From: Bispira polyomma
Lineage: Eukaryota
Assembly (NCBI GenBank): GCA_965649765.1
Contig: OZ287749.1
Span: 3,224,001-3,288,000 of the forward strand
DNA: 64,000 nucleotides
Reading direction: 5' to 3'
Part shown: positions 52,062 through 64,000 of the stretch, piece by piece
How positions within the stretch are numbered: position 1 is the stretch's first letter
Layout: each line of letters starts with the position of its first letter
The notes under the pieces: generated by a model
Databases searched by the model: none
What the model saw: only the letters and a program-made list of their open reading frames with translations
What the model was told of the DNA's origin: nothing
Made by a program: the position numbers and the translations under genes

Positions 52062-55000
52062 CTGAAATACAGGAAAATGACAGGAAGACTGATGCAAACA
52101 CATTTATACAGAATTATTTAGTATTAGATGTTCATGAGAAACTGGACACCACTGAGCTGCACCTACAAATTTTTGCAATTGAACATAGTCCTGGGGCAAA
52201 CCCTTCCACCTGGAGAGCAAATCAGCAGTTGTGTTGTGTTCTCCCAAGATGTGTATAACCTGTAATTCGACATCATACTGACTAGCTAACATAAATATGT
52301 TTCTTGAATACAAAGCCAAAATACTGTCTCTGGTTCTACCATGTGAAGCACACTCACCACAGCTTGGTTGTCACATCTGATAAGAACCTTCTGACCATGC
52401 CACAAGGGTCCCCACAATTTTAAGGCGACAAATATGTTGAGCATTTCTAATGAAGCAATATTCAAAGTTTGTAGTTCAACAGGAGTGTCTAGTGTATATA
52501 TTTTTTGGCCAAAAACCCCCCCATGCCTGTGAGGCACGCATCTAGCTCAACTGTTGCAGTTACGGGGTTATGGTGGAAAAAGGAGACACCCTTAAATTTG
52601 TTGAGAAAGGTACGGAACCAGTTTAAGTCTCTCAGAAATTCTGTGCTTACTTTAAAGGTTTTGGCTTTGTAATTGCTCCTAAGCAAATGCAACATACGAT
52701 TCAAAAAAAATCTTGAGTACTTGACACATTTTGAAACGTATAGAAGGGAGCCCAGTAGACACTGGAGTTCCCTTCTAGTACAGTATCTTTTACCTGACCA
52801 CTTATCACACATGTTCTGAATACTAGACAATTTGTCCTCTGGAATAGAGGTGGTAAAATCGACCGTATTTATAACAATACCCAGATATGTAACTTTAGTG
52901 TTAGGAGAGACTAGCTTCTTGTCACTGAGGGTCAAACCCAGCTTGGCCAATAAGTCTATGAGTCGTTGGTAAGTGCTATAGATTTTGGAGGGTATCGAGC
53001 AACAAAGGAGATCGTCGATATAGTTGACGATATGGTGACCTTCACCTTTCATTATATATCTGATCCCATCTGAAATTCTCTGAAATATGGCCGAGCCGTG
53101 CTTGTAGCCAAAAGGCAAAGAACCGTCCACGTAGTATGCCTCCCAGTACAGGCCTAATAAGTTTAGTTCTCTCGGGTCTATAGGCACGTGTCTAAAGGCA
53201 CGGCTGATGTCTGCTTTAAAGATTAAAGAGCCTCTACCCATAGCAAGTACCTGAGAAGTTATCGTGTCAATGGAAGGGTAAGTTAACATGAACTGTCTGC
53301 CCAAGTATGACTCAGGACACACGGCAGTATTTACTGAGTGACCTTCAGGCCAACTCAAGTCGATTATGACACGACGGTTGGTAGAACTCGATTTGTCGCG
53401 TGTCATGAACGGTGAAGTGTGTAATTGAGGAATTGGTGGCACATCAAAGGGACCATACATAGCCCCAAAGTCACATTCCTCTTTTAAATAATGTTCGACG
53501 TGTTCCGGGTACTAATCAGCGGAAGCATGATTTTTGAGTTCAGACTTAAACTCATGTTGGTCCACACAATCGAGGGGAAAACTAAACTTAATAAGCAACG
53601 GGAGTTCCCAATCCCAGTAGCCTCTCAAGTAGCTAGACCAAACTGTGGCATTCAGCTGAGAAGCAACTGGGATCTGTAGACCCTTATAGTTTGGACGCCT
53701 GTCCCGCTTAATACATTGGTGGAGCTTTAACCCATACACAGGACGCTGATTTTTAGAATTGTCAGATATTTTATGACCCCCAAGATGAAAGGGGAATGAA
53801 GCCAAACTTGCCACCACTTTGGACATCCCATAATTTAAAGGTGTCACAATGTTTTGCATCATTTAATTTTTTCCTTTTATCAGTAGCCCGGCACATGTCT
53901 AAAGCATACTTGTCATCGGACAAGATAGTTTTGGCATCAACCTTTTCATCAGTCAACGAGGACACCACGTCATTGTTTTTGTTCACAGGCAACTTGGTCA
54001 CACAAAGGGGGGGGGCTCAACACAATCACCCAATTTGGCATTTTCTTCCAGACAATGGGTGTCAAGCACCCCAAACCTATGAGAAAGTGTTATGCAAAAT
54101 TCATTGTTGGCACCCCCCATGTCACCCTCCTTTCTTTTGGACAATGTCCTTTTCTTTTTCAAGTCTTTTGTAGGGTAATTAAGCCCCTTGGACACTGTTA
54201 GTGAATTACTTTTGACACCCCTTTTGTCTTGAGGCTTTACAACAAAGCAATGGCCCTCTGGCCACCTGGCTCAATTTGTTTCACACACAGTCTTATGCAC
54301 ACTTTTATTTACATGCTTTCCCAGCACTTCACCCATTTTGTTTACATTATCGACTATATTTTCCACAAAATCTTTCTGAGGGACACCTCTCCCAATTTCG
54401 CCCACAACAGAAACTCCCCTTGGGTGTTTAATATTCGTGTGTCCCCTTACAAGTGCATCTTTGTAAGACTTACACGCATTTGTTTTGGAACAAGAATAGT
54501 TTATTAAAAACCTGTCTGACAACAATCCAAAATCCTTAAACTTTGAATGATACACAACTCGGCTAAATACTGGTTTCCCCACTGCATTTCTACAGTGGAC
54601 CCTTAGTTTTTTTACTTTTTTGGACACAATTTTGTTTGATGGCTGCCATCACAAGTTTCACAACAATGTTTGAAGAGTTGACCCGAGGTTCTATGAGTAG
54701 CATTGAACTTACAGGACCCCTCCTGGAAAAATCTACATATCACGCCCTGACTCTTGCTTGGCAACTTTGTTTTACTACCAATGGATTTGGTACCCGTACC
54801 ACTACTGGAACTGCCCGATATGTGACGTTGGGCATGTGCCCGACGGATTCAATCGACCTTGTCCACATCGGTCTACTTAAGGCGGTCCAATTCCATGTTG
54901 GTTAAAAGGATGGCATGGAAAGCTTTAGCAGCTTCCCACGAAAAGTCGTGTGCGTCATCCATACGATTGGCAAAATACTCCAACATTGCTTCTTTAATTT

Positions 55001-55174
55001 CCGGGGATTTTGGTTCTTGCACACACCTTATGAATCCTGAAGTAAACTGAACCAAGGTTAAGTCGTCGTAGGTGGGTCTAACCTTCTTAGCCCCCAAGAG
55101 CATGAAATTTTGAGGCCAATCGACTGCCTTCTTGATAGGCGCATCCGTACCCCCACGTTGGGACTTAAGTTTAC
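52062..55174 (-). other. Predicted phase-1 gag-to-YR intron (element E)
   Basis: Donor GCAG|GTAAAC; acceptor with long pyrimidine tract TCTTCCTGTCATTTTCCTGTATTTCAG|AA. The spliced frame gives ...QLTGA-E-KTPLQKQLCRNAT. Confidence 0.75.
54579..54612 (-). promoter_or_regulatory. Predicted -1 frameshift signal (element E)
   Basis: A AAA AAC TAA GGGT CCACTGTA-GAAA-TGCAGTGG (one G-U pair). The -1 frame reads KKLRVHCRNAVGKP. Confidence 0.75.
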
Positions 55175-55949
55175 CTGCTCCAGTCAGTTGATTGAGCTGC
55201 TGGAGCTGGAGTAGCCGTTGGTCTACCTGGTTTTGTAAATTTTCGTTTGACCGCAGAAAATCTAGAGACGGAATTACTGCCTCCACCACTGGTTCAATTA
55301 TACTTGGGGTAACAACATTGGAAACTACATTAGCACTGGTAGTAGGTAAGATACTAGCCTTATTGGCGCTGGTTGTGCACAGCGCCGCCTCCATCACCTT
55401 AACGCGTTGATCCATGCTGTCCATTTTACTATTGAGAGACTGCAATTGTTGTAAAATTAGCTCAGACACTGAATCCGACTGACCAAGCACTGGATTCAAC
55501 CGTAGGTACATCCTCGGCGACGCTGGCATCAATAAATCGTCATTTTTTGCCCACAGGGCGTTCGTGTCTCCCCATACATGCATTACACTGGTATTCTCGC
55601 TTTGGAGCCATGACAAAATTTAAAAGCTTTAAAGTATTAAAAAGGGTAGTAACGCCCAATTGTAAAAGCACTGTCACTTTGACCAGTTAAAGTTTTAATG
55701 ATGGTGCTTGTTGGCGCCAAACCCTTATATATGTGCCCTCGTGACCGCAGGTGGCCTAATTGGCCCCCCAGTAGCCTGGTACCAGAACCTCGGTGTCAGC
55801 CCACCAAATTTGATGTTAAACGCCTTTCCATCACTTGTTTATTAAATAGAACCTGATGATTTTCCTGTTTTGCTACTTGTCGGTCATTTTTGAATAAATT
55901 AACAAAACATTGTTGTGGTGTTTTGAAAGCCTTACAGGATTGAAAGTCA

Positions 55950-57330
55950 ATTTAACAGCTAAGCAATAAATTAAGAAGCATTTAAGTGGTGGCCAATCTC
56001 AATATCGTAATACAGAAAACAGATGAAATTTTGAAATACTGCAATCTGAACTAAAAACTATTAAAGTGGAAACCCAATTCTTAGATGGTAGATTGACCAG
56101 AGTGCAAAATATTCTCGGTATCTTACAAGAGGATGATTTGCAACAATAATTTAGATCCATGGCTGATCTATAACATTGCTGAGCAGGCTGGGACAAGGCC
56201 TGACAATTCAGATGACGTTCTTCACAATTTTGTGGAAGCTGAGCTTAAAATGTCAAATGGTGAAAGTGTACTTCTGGATAAAATCCATAGATTAGATATA
56301 AAAGTGCTAAAGGAATAATATACTAATATTAGTTAAGTTTGGTTTCTTCAAGGCTAAATTAGAAGTCCTTAGAAGTGCCAGAAATTTAGATCACTCGAAG
56401 AAATACTCTTGTAATCAGCTTCCTCCAGATTTACAAGAGAGGTAGAAAAACTGCTGCCTTAGTACCAACAAGCAAAGAAAACTGGCCAACAAGTAAGATA
56501 GATAGGGGACAAGTTGTCGATCAAGAATGACCTTATTCAAGTACAGAAGGACACTATAAAATATCTCAACTATGATACTGAGAGATATGCAGCAGCAAAG
56601 TTCCTCCATGTACCGTCAAAGAATCTTATTTAACACGAAGTTTGAATATAAATTTTTGTCAGAATATAAAGATGAAAATGGTAATATCATATCAATTGAC
56701 CTAAACTTTAGAGATATACAGGTAATGTATATGCCCGAAAGAGAGACTCACCGGGTTTTTTCGTGCAGCTTAAGGAACTTTTGGATTAAGAATAAAAAAA
56801 ACTGCTTTATAAATTTGTAGGAGGAAAGGGACTTTGGAAATTGAATTGTAGCATTTTAAAAGATAAGGAATATGTAGATTTCGTAATTGTATTTTAAAAG
56901 AAGAAAAGCATAAATAGGCTCTAGAGCATATGATTTACCATTTTAAGATTATATCCCAGAAAATGATATTAAATTCACAATAAATGATAATTAATTCTTT
57001 GAAATGTTAATGTTAAGAGTTAGATGTGAAACAATCAAATTTTCAAGCTTTCGGAAAATGAGCAGTTTAAGCTTATAAAAAGTGTAATAAAAGACATTGA
57101 ACATTTAAAAACATAATGCTGCATATGAAGAATAAAAAGAAAAAAATTGGAAACAATGCAGGTTAGTGCTATTTGGTCAAGAACTTAATTGCTCAATGAA
57201 GGAGAAAAGCCTTCCAAGTTCTTTGAGAAAATATCATTGTACAGAAAAGACTATTTAAGTGTATAAAATGGAATGATGGAAAGGGCATTACCGATCAAAA
57301 AGAAATCTTAGAAGAGATTCATTTTAATGC
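55950..57330 (+). pseudogene. Degraded L1/Tx1 LINE: ORF1 (coiled coil + RRM-like) and start of ORF2
   Basis: LIYNIAE..DKIHRL..ILVKF..EVLRSARNL..QLPPDLQER, then GLWKLNCSILKDKEY and LNEGEKPSKFF. Many stops. Confidence 0.7.
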
Positions 57331-59000
57331 AGTTTAGAGAGGTGGCTTCTATATTGAGGAAACAGAGGAAGGAGAAGATACGTATGGTCATATCCAGTGA
57401 AGCAGAGGAGGAGGCACTGGTGGACTTATTGTGGGATCATGAATGGCTATACAACAAGGGAGACCCACAATATAAAGACACCTAGGCTAATGAAATGTTG
57501 TGGCTGGAGTTTTGGTTGGGGCAAGGGATTGAACATGGAAGAAGTGAAGGAGTGGTTTCAATCAAAGAGGACTATCCATGGCAAGCTGAGCATCAGGAAG
57601 TCTGGCAAGACAACACCTGAACAAATAATTAAAAAAATGCGATACTAAGAACCACCGAAAGGTAGATGTCTGTTGAGTCCAGCACCCTTTATGTGGAAAC
57701 CCCCCTAGGTAGAACGCTGTTCAGTCAAGCCCCCTTTATGTAGAAACCCCTTAGTAGAACACTGTTAAGTACCCTTTATGTGGAACCCAGCAAGCTTTTA
57801 ATTAAATATACTTAAGTGGGGGACTTGTTTAAATAGAGGTGTTTTTCTTTTAACCCTGGGGTTAGACTATAAAATTATGTGTATTGGAGGGGAGCCAAGT
57901 ATTTTTGTATTTATGTGCATGTGTGTTATTTTAGGAAGCAGCGTGCTTCTTCTTATGAGGGTTTTTATGGGGGTTTTTAACTACAGTTCAAACATTGTTT
58001 TTGGATGTTTTTGATGGCTCTGAAAAGGGCCTTTTAGTTTTGTTCTTGGCTCAGCTTCAGACTCAGGTGTAGACTCAAACTTGATCATTCTGCCAGGGCA
58101 CTACCCCCTCATTGTCGAAGTATTGCATGAGTAGCTCACTGCTATTTTGATGCCCTGCTGGAATTTCTACAGTTGGGTGGGTTGTTTTCTCCATCACTTG
58201 CTGCTATCGGTGGGACAAGTGGGTCATCTTCTTGATTACCTGGATTAGCCATGCTGATAGCTACGGTCCTCATCAGAAGCACCGAGAATCTCTGGACTAA
58301 AATCCCAAATGCATTTTTGACCACTCTCCGGCCTTTTAAGATTCTGTAATTGTATAACCTTTTATTCATGTTCATCAACCATGCCTTTAGGGCAAACATG
58401 TCATCTCCCAAGATGAGGTAGGGGACAGAGACTCGGCCAATAGTTTCAAGAGCGTGGGAATTGATTGACTGGTCCTCTATTTTCTCCTTCAGTTGGGAAC
58501 TGTTGAAAATCTGGGAATCCGAGCATGAGCCACTTGAACCTATGTCAACTCACAGGAAACGATAATCCCCATCTACCAGGGCAAGCATGACGATTAAGAT
58601 GTACCCCTTGTAGTTAAAGTGCTCGCTCCAACCTTTCCTCACGAATCTCATAGCAATGTGTTTGTCATGTCTTGCCCTAAGGCATTTGGAAAGTTCCGCG
58701 TTTTCTGGAACACGGACTCAACCTTCTTCCAGTCATCGGGGATGGTGGGGCATGTGAGGAATTCTTCTTGGTACTCGTCCATGATGGCCTGGCAAACTTC
58801 TGGTACAAACTTGGTTATGGTTGACCCCCTCACTACGCACGAGTACTGCAGCAATGTGTATGACTAGTCCAGGGGCCAGTACCTTCCTGTACCCGGGAGT
58901 GTCTCTGTGTATCCTGTCCCCCACCCTCCTCTTCACCTCCTGGAATATGTCAGGGGGCATCCTTAGACAGTTGCAGTACGACTAGAGATCTTGCTGCTCG
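57330..59000. mobile_element. Degraded PIF/Harbinger transposon: DDE transposase (-, ~58040-59000) and probable Myb/SANT-like ORF remnant (+, ~57330-57650)
   Basis: STITKFVPEVCQAI, FNYKGY..IVMLALVDGDYRF, SGSCSDSQIF, ILGDDMFALKAWLM, YNYRI..GRRVVKNAFGILVQRF. The convergent second ORF (EVKEWFQSKRTIHGKL..KSG) is a weaker call. Confidence 0.85.
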
Positions 59001-59749
59001 AGGCGTGGCATTAGTGATGTGTAGTGTCCATGCTATGCTTTTTACCTGAACCCTTGTCCTTCTGGCCACCTGAGGCTGAGGCTGTAGATTCAGTGCTCCC
59101 CTATGCATTCTTAAGTGTCTTATCCTGCCTTTAATGTTTATAATAACCATCAGTTGTGCTTGAATATAGACGATTACAGCCCTAAGTCCATTCACTAGAT
59201 TTATTATTCTTTTTGGAATCATGTTGATCACTTAACTTCTGACTTAAAACTGTCTAGATTCAAGTTTGAACCCTCGTTTATATAACGTTTAATGGAAACA
59301 GTACTTGCTGATTGCTATTACCAGGATTTCTATCTGGATCAGCTGTCCTATCGGCTGACTTGTCTTAGTGTCCAATGACTGTATCATAACACCCTTACAA
59401 CCTATCTTTTGGATTGTAAGCAGTTCCAACAACTTATCTTTAGCAATCGTGGAGGTTGGGAGCCTAAAAATGTGATCCTGACGACTAATTGGGCCGATCT
59501 ACCACAATGCTAATGACTAATTAGGGCAGTTGTATGACTTATCTTATTGTGGTGACACATTTTTTCCCGTTCTGTTTTTTTTTAATGTGGAAAAATGCCA
59601 AGGATTGCTCACGATCGTATAACCAATGCAACAGCACCATTACATAGAGAAATAATGCAGGCAACGAGACCTACTTGCTCCATATCTGTTTTATTATGTG
59701 CCTAAATGTTATTATTAATAATATACAGCAATAAACATATTAAAGGAAC

Positions 59750-59892
59750 AATAAAATATGAGCATATTCACAAAATTACACAGTTTGCTGATGATACCAC
59801 AACATTTCTGTATAGAAGTAAGGATTCACTCATGGCAACATTTAACACACACTAGAAATATTTGTAATTACTCAGGACTTAAGGTAAACAAT
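59750..59892 (+). pseudogene. L1/Tx1 RT fragment
   Basis: KITQFADDTTTFL...LEIF..SGLKVN. Confidence 0.65.
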
Positions 59893-61022
59893 TAAGGTAT
59901 CTCATAATAACTTTGTCTATAAATTGCAATATTATTACATTATTTAATGTTTATATTGTTATTTATTTATTAGTGTTGGTATTGGTATATAACATTGATA
60001 TATATATATAATATTAGTATTACAAAAGTGAAGTAACAATAAACAATGGACAAAGCTTATATACATAGATGTATATTGATACAAATAATTATTACAATAA
60101 GATTCCAAAAGGTACATTTAATCAACAGCCATTCTGTACATATTGCATTTGGTGGCATCATGTAACCATTCAAATATAATAAGCCTCTTACAAGGATTTA
60201 TCACATTCTTTGAAACCAATCCCCAAGTGTCTATGTGGTAACAGTGTAAGCTAATTCTTTGATCATCACATAAAACCATCGAATCACAAAATAGGCGGTT
60301 TGAAGTTCAGCTGTTTAACGATGGCTGCTTAAGTCGAAGCCACCTTGTCATTAAATAGTAGAATTTGATGGGCGTCCTGTAAAAGATTACTTTAAGTGTG
60401 CAACTTTTCAACAAAATACATTTACACATATATAAGCCATAGGGTAAACTGGATTGAAACTTTGTTACACTAGTTTTTTACACACCACATTTGTGGTATG
60501 AGTTGATATACATTGCCTCTTACCAACTTAAACAAAAATTTGGTATTGGAATGTATGGATTTCCACATTTATCTGAACGACATACTGCACACTAATAAAA
60601 ACAACAAATAGTAGCCTTACCTCAGAATGTCTCCCTTTTTATGGGCCTATTTGTACAAGGTGGTCAACAAAGGATCAGTGACAAATCAGCTCAAGTTGAG
60701 CCAAACACTTGCATCATGGAACAAATATTTCAGCTCAACTGAGTATTACATTGAGTGGGCTCATTTTTGGGGCTCAAGTGTTGACTCGATCAGTGACGTC
60801 AATCAAAATTTGGTTAAAGTGTGTAGCCTTGTAATGCACATTTTAATAAAAGCTACACAGTTGTGTTATTACAGTTCAAAGTAAATTTATCCATATCAAA
60901 TACATTAAACTTTAACTATTTCAAAGTCAGCAATCCTTGCTTTGTGAATACTAATTTCATGCACTTCTCAGATATCATCTATCTTGAACAGATCTTGATG
61001 TGTTCCACTTCTGCTTCCTCAT

Positions 61023-61150
61023 CTGAAAGACTGACTGTTACATCTGTGTTTATATAAATCGTAGTTTTTACGGGATATCCAACTGAACTGAAAGACTGAC
61101 TGTTACATCTGTGTTTATATAAATCGTAGTGTTTACTGGATATCCAACTG
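61023..61150. repeat. 65-bp tandem duplication upstream of Gypsy gag
   Basis: ctgaaagactgactgttacatctgtgtttatataaatcgtag..ggatatccaactg at 61023 and 61088. Confidence 0.9.
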
Positions 61151-64000
61151 TCAGAAGTCATGGATAATTTATCACCCCCGGCACCCTTGTCATTCATCGA
61201 TGTAGTAGCACAGAACTTTAAACAATTTGAACGAGCCTATAAAATATATATGATCGCTACTGGTCTTTACAAAAAGGGAAAGAAGATATGGGCAAATGTT
61301 TTGTTGTATGTAATTGGCCCTGAGGCTGTCAAAATGTATAATGGGTTTTACCTGGGTGCCTGCAGTAGGCGATACCCCTACAGAAGTATCCAGACCAGAT
61401 CCTAAAGAAATTTGAAGAATATTTCATGCCTCACAAAAACATTACACATGAAAGACGCTTGTTTAATAAAAGGTCCCAACAACCTAGTGAAAGTTTTGAC
61501 CAATATTATTACAGATCTCTGTCATCTATCACAAACATGTGATTTTGGAAACAGGGTTAACCAGATGATACACGACCGCATAGTTGTCGGTATCCATAAT
61601 TCTAGTCTTACTCTCAATAAAGCTTTAGATGTTTGTCGTGCTTTGGAAGTTACTAGCAATCAAGTTGATTTGTTCCGAGATCCTCAGTACCAGATTAATG
61701 CAGTGCATCAGAGTCGCAATAGCAGGGGAAGCTTCCGAGGTCACAGTCGAGGTAGGGGCCAGGGTCGAGGTCAGCATAATCTTCGTCCCAATTCTCATCA
61801 GACTACCCGCAAACAGATACTTTCACCAGAATCATTGTGTGGTTATGATAATCACGACAGAAAATCTTGTCTGGCGAAAGATGCCAAATGTAATTTTTGT
61901 CAATTACTGGGACATTTCAAATCTGTGGGTCGAAAAAACGGTCGGCAAGTACGTTTTCTTTGAGACAGTGCTTAGTCTAAAGAAATATCTAAAGGTTCAA
62001 CAGATCAGAGTGATGACTTCCTTGGATACATTACACAAGATATGGGTGGGGTTTCTTCAAATACTTGCATGAATGACATTTGTGTCTATGTTAACAACAT
62101 TCCATTTTCATTTCGAGCTGATACGGAAGCGGATGTCACTGTTATTGAAAAGGCGACATATAATGAACACTTCTCAAATAAGCTTCTCAGGAAATCGCAA
62201 ACAAACCTCAGGGGACCTGATCTTAAGGAACTTGAAAACAGTACGAAATAGGAGAGTAGGAAATTGCAAACAAAACTCAGGGGACCTGATCTTAAGGAAC
62301 TTGAAAACAGAGTACGAAATAGGAGAGTAGGAAATCGAAAACAAAACTCAGGGGACCTGATCTCAAGGAACTTGAAACTTGTGGTTATTTCTTTGCTGAT
62401 ACAAAGTATAGATCAGAGTCTGCGTCAACTTCAGTGTATGTTTTACCTCACAGCACAGCACTACTGTCACATGCTTATGCTGGAACTTTGGACTAGTGAA
62501 TTTCAATGTTGATAACGTTGAAAAAGACATTCCTTCATTATTTACACAACTTTTCCAAGGGCTTGGAAAGCTGAAAACAGAGTATGACATCAAGCTAGAT
62601 TCTAAGGTTGCACCATATGCCGTCCATGCACCACGTTGCGTCTCACTCCCCCTTAGAATGAAAGTGAAAACAGTTGACTGGCTCCAGTGACTGGGAGTAA
62701 TTATTGCAGTTAATGAACCTACTTCATGGTGCACTCCCATTGTGGTAGTTCCAAAGTCTAGTGGGGAGGTCAGAATTTGTGTGGACCTAACTAAGCTATA
62801 TTTAGCAGTATGCAGAGAACGGCACATTTTACCATCAGTTGACCACATCCTTAGACAGATGGCCGGAGCTACTGTGTTCTAAAAGATTGATGCTAATAGC
62901 AGTTTTCTTCAAATCTTACTCTCAAAAACAAGCCAGTGTTTGACGACACTTATAACTCCTTTTGGCAGGTTTGCTTACCAGAGACTACCATTTGGAATTA
63001 GTTCAGGACCAGAATTATTTCAAAGAGAAATGTAACAGATCTTGAAAGGTCTGAATGGAGTTGCCTGTCTTATGCATGACATTGTTGTATATGGTAAGAA
63101 TCAGACCGAGCATGACCAGAGACTACATGCTACATTAAGTAAACTTAAGGAGTCTGGAATTACTCTCAACAGAAACAAATGCGTTTTCAACAAAAGTCAG
63201 ATAGAATTTGTAGGACAAGCTGTTGACGTTGAGGTATCACAGCTTCTCAAAAGAAAGTGTCTGCCATTGTAAAATTGCCACCAGAGCAAAACATTCATGA
63301 ACTTCGTAGATCTATGGGTATGGTTAATCAACTGGGGAAGTTTGCACCAAATCTCCTTTCCGTCATTACAGAACCGCTCAGACTGCAACTCAGCAAGCAA
63401 CATGATTGGTATTGGGGGCCAGCTCAAACCAAAGCCTTTGATGCAGTAAAGTGTATATTTACAAGTTCTCCCATTCTATCCTTATAAGATGTGACTTTAC
63501 CCACTAAGATTACTGCAGATTCCTCTTCTTATAGCCTTGGAGCAGTAATTATGCAGCAACATACAGACGGCTGGCATCTTGTCGCTTATGCCTCTTACAC
63601 ACTTACAAATACTGAGAAACACTATGCCCAGATTGAAAAGGAAGCATTGGCAGCAACTTGGGCATGTGAGAAATTTGAAGATTATGTCTTCGGACTAAGT
63701 TTCAAGAAACAGACCACAAACCATTAGGGCCACTTCTGGGAAATCGTGATATAAGGTTGTTACCGCCTCATCTGTAACGGTTCCGATTACGTCTCATGCG
63801 ACATTCTTACACAATTTGTACATGTCCCTGGTCGGGAGTTGTACACAGCAGATGCACTGTCACATACCCGTCTCTCAGCTGATTCTCAACTAGAACAGGA
63901 AAGAAACATTTATGCCAACACTGTTATTAACAATTTTCCTGCCTCTGACAGGAAATTAGAACAAATACGTCTACAGCAACAGGAAGATGAAATATGTCGC
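61150..64000 (+). mobile_element. Degraded Ty3/Gypsy (Mag-like) LTR retrotransposon internal region, running off the window
   Basis: gag LLYVIGPEA, HDRIVVGI, double zinc knuckle; protease FRADTEADVT; RT WCTPIVVVPK, RICVDL, RLPFG, MHDIVVYG; RNase H ADSSSYSLGAV, YAQIEKEALAATWACEKF, ADALS. No 5' LTR recognised. Confidence 0.92.
62189..62377. repeat. 69-71-bp tandem repeat (~2.7 copies) disrupting the Gypsy protease
   Basis: aggaaat..aaacaaa.ctcaggggacctgatct.aaggaacttgaaa starts at 62189, 62258 and 62329. Confidence 0.9.

Larger units (their letters stand above)
50427..55800 (-). mobile_element. Element E: degraded DIRS/Ngaro-like YR retrotransposon, tail-to-tail with D
   Basis: gag from ATG 55611 (MAPKREYQCNAC..HERP, KSQRGG, WPQN, DAHDFSW) to ~54603; pol to 52104 (HTSPFMTR, IIDLSWP, ADISRAFR, LPFG, YIDD, LDAC, CDN, ADLLSR); YR 52061-51102 (KWSKT, HGTWTSDCVWRY). 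Confidence 0.93.

Noticed and set aside
60300-61150. 5' LTR and PBS of the Gypsy element
   Set aside because: Only a partial PBS-like tgtcagaagt at ~61149; no TG...CA LTR identifiable, and the 3' LTR is outside the window.

Overview
AT-rich animal genomic DNA, probably from a marine invertebrate, that is mostly transposon debris. Its core is a cluster of six distinct tyrosine-recombinase (DIRS-order, Ngaro-like) retrotransposons: remnant R (+, ~9.9-10.8 kb), A (-, ~10.8-16.5 kb, near-intact), B (-, ~26.7-31.9 kb), C (-, 33159-37393), D (+, ~44.5-49.7 kb) and E (-, ~50.4-55.8 kb). Comparing them by eye shows a shared, retrovirus-like expression logic. (i) Gag-Pol appears to be made by a -1 ribosomal frameshift (A AAA AAC plus hairpin at the gag stop) in A, D and E. 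(ii) The recombinase ORF has no conserved start codon, but a phase-1 splice acceptor sits right after the pol stop in all five elements that retain this junction, matched by a phase-1 GT donor inside gag in A, B and E; this predicts a Gag(N-terminal)-YR fusion. (iii) A TGGGYTTGG-like motif follows every YR ORF. (iv) Arrays of palindromic GGTNACC hairpins lie in the 3' UTRs of A, C, D and E. (v) Short sub-terminal inverted repeats are present, and element C preserves a TACA crossover core at both ends and at an internal circle-junction copy. Also present: an L1/Tx1 LINE whose upstream ORF ends in a NADAR-like domain, L2/CR1 LINEs, tRNA-derived SINEs, a Harbinger remnant, a degraded Mag-like Gypsy element, minisatellites, and one apparent two-exon host gene for a 2-TM BK-beta/TipE-like protein. 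All calls come from reading the sequence and ORF track without database searches; most element boundaries are approximate.
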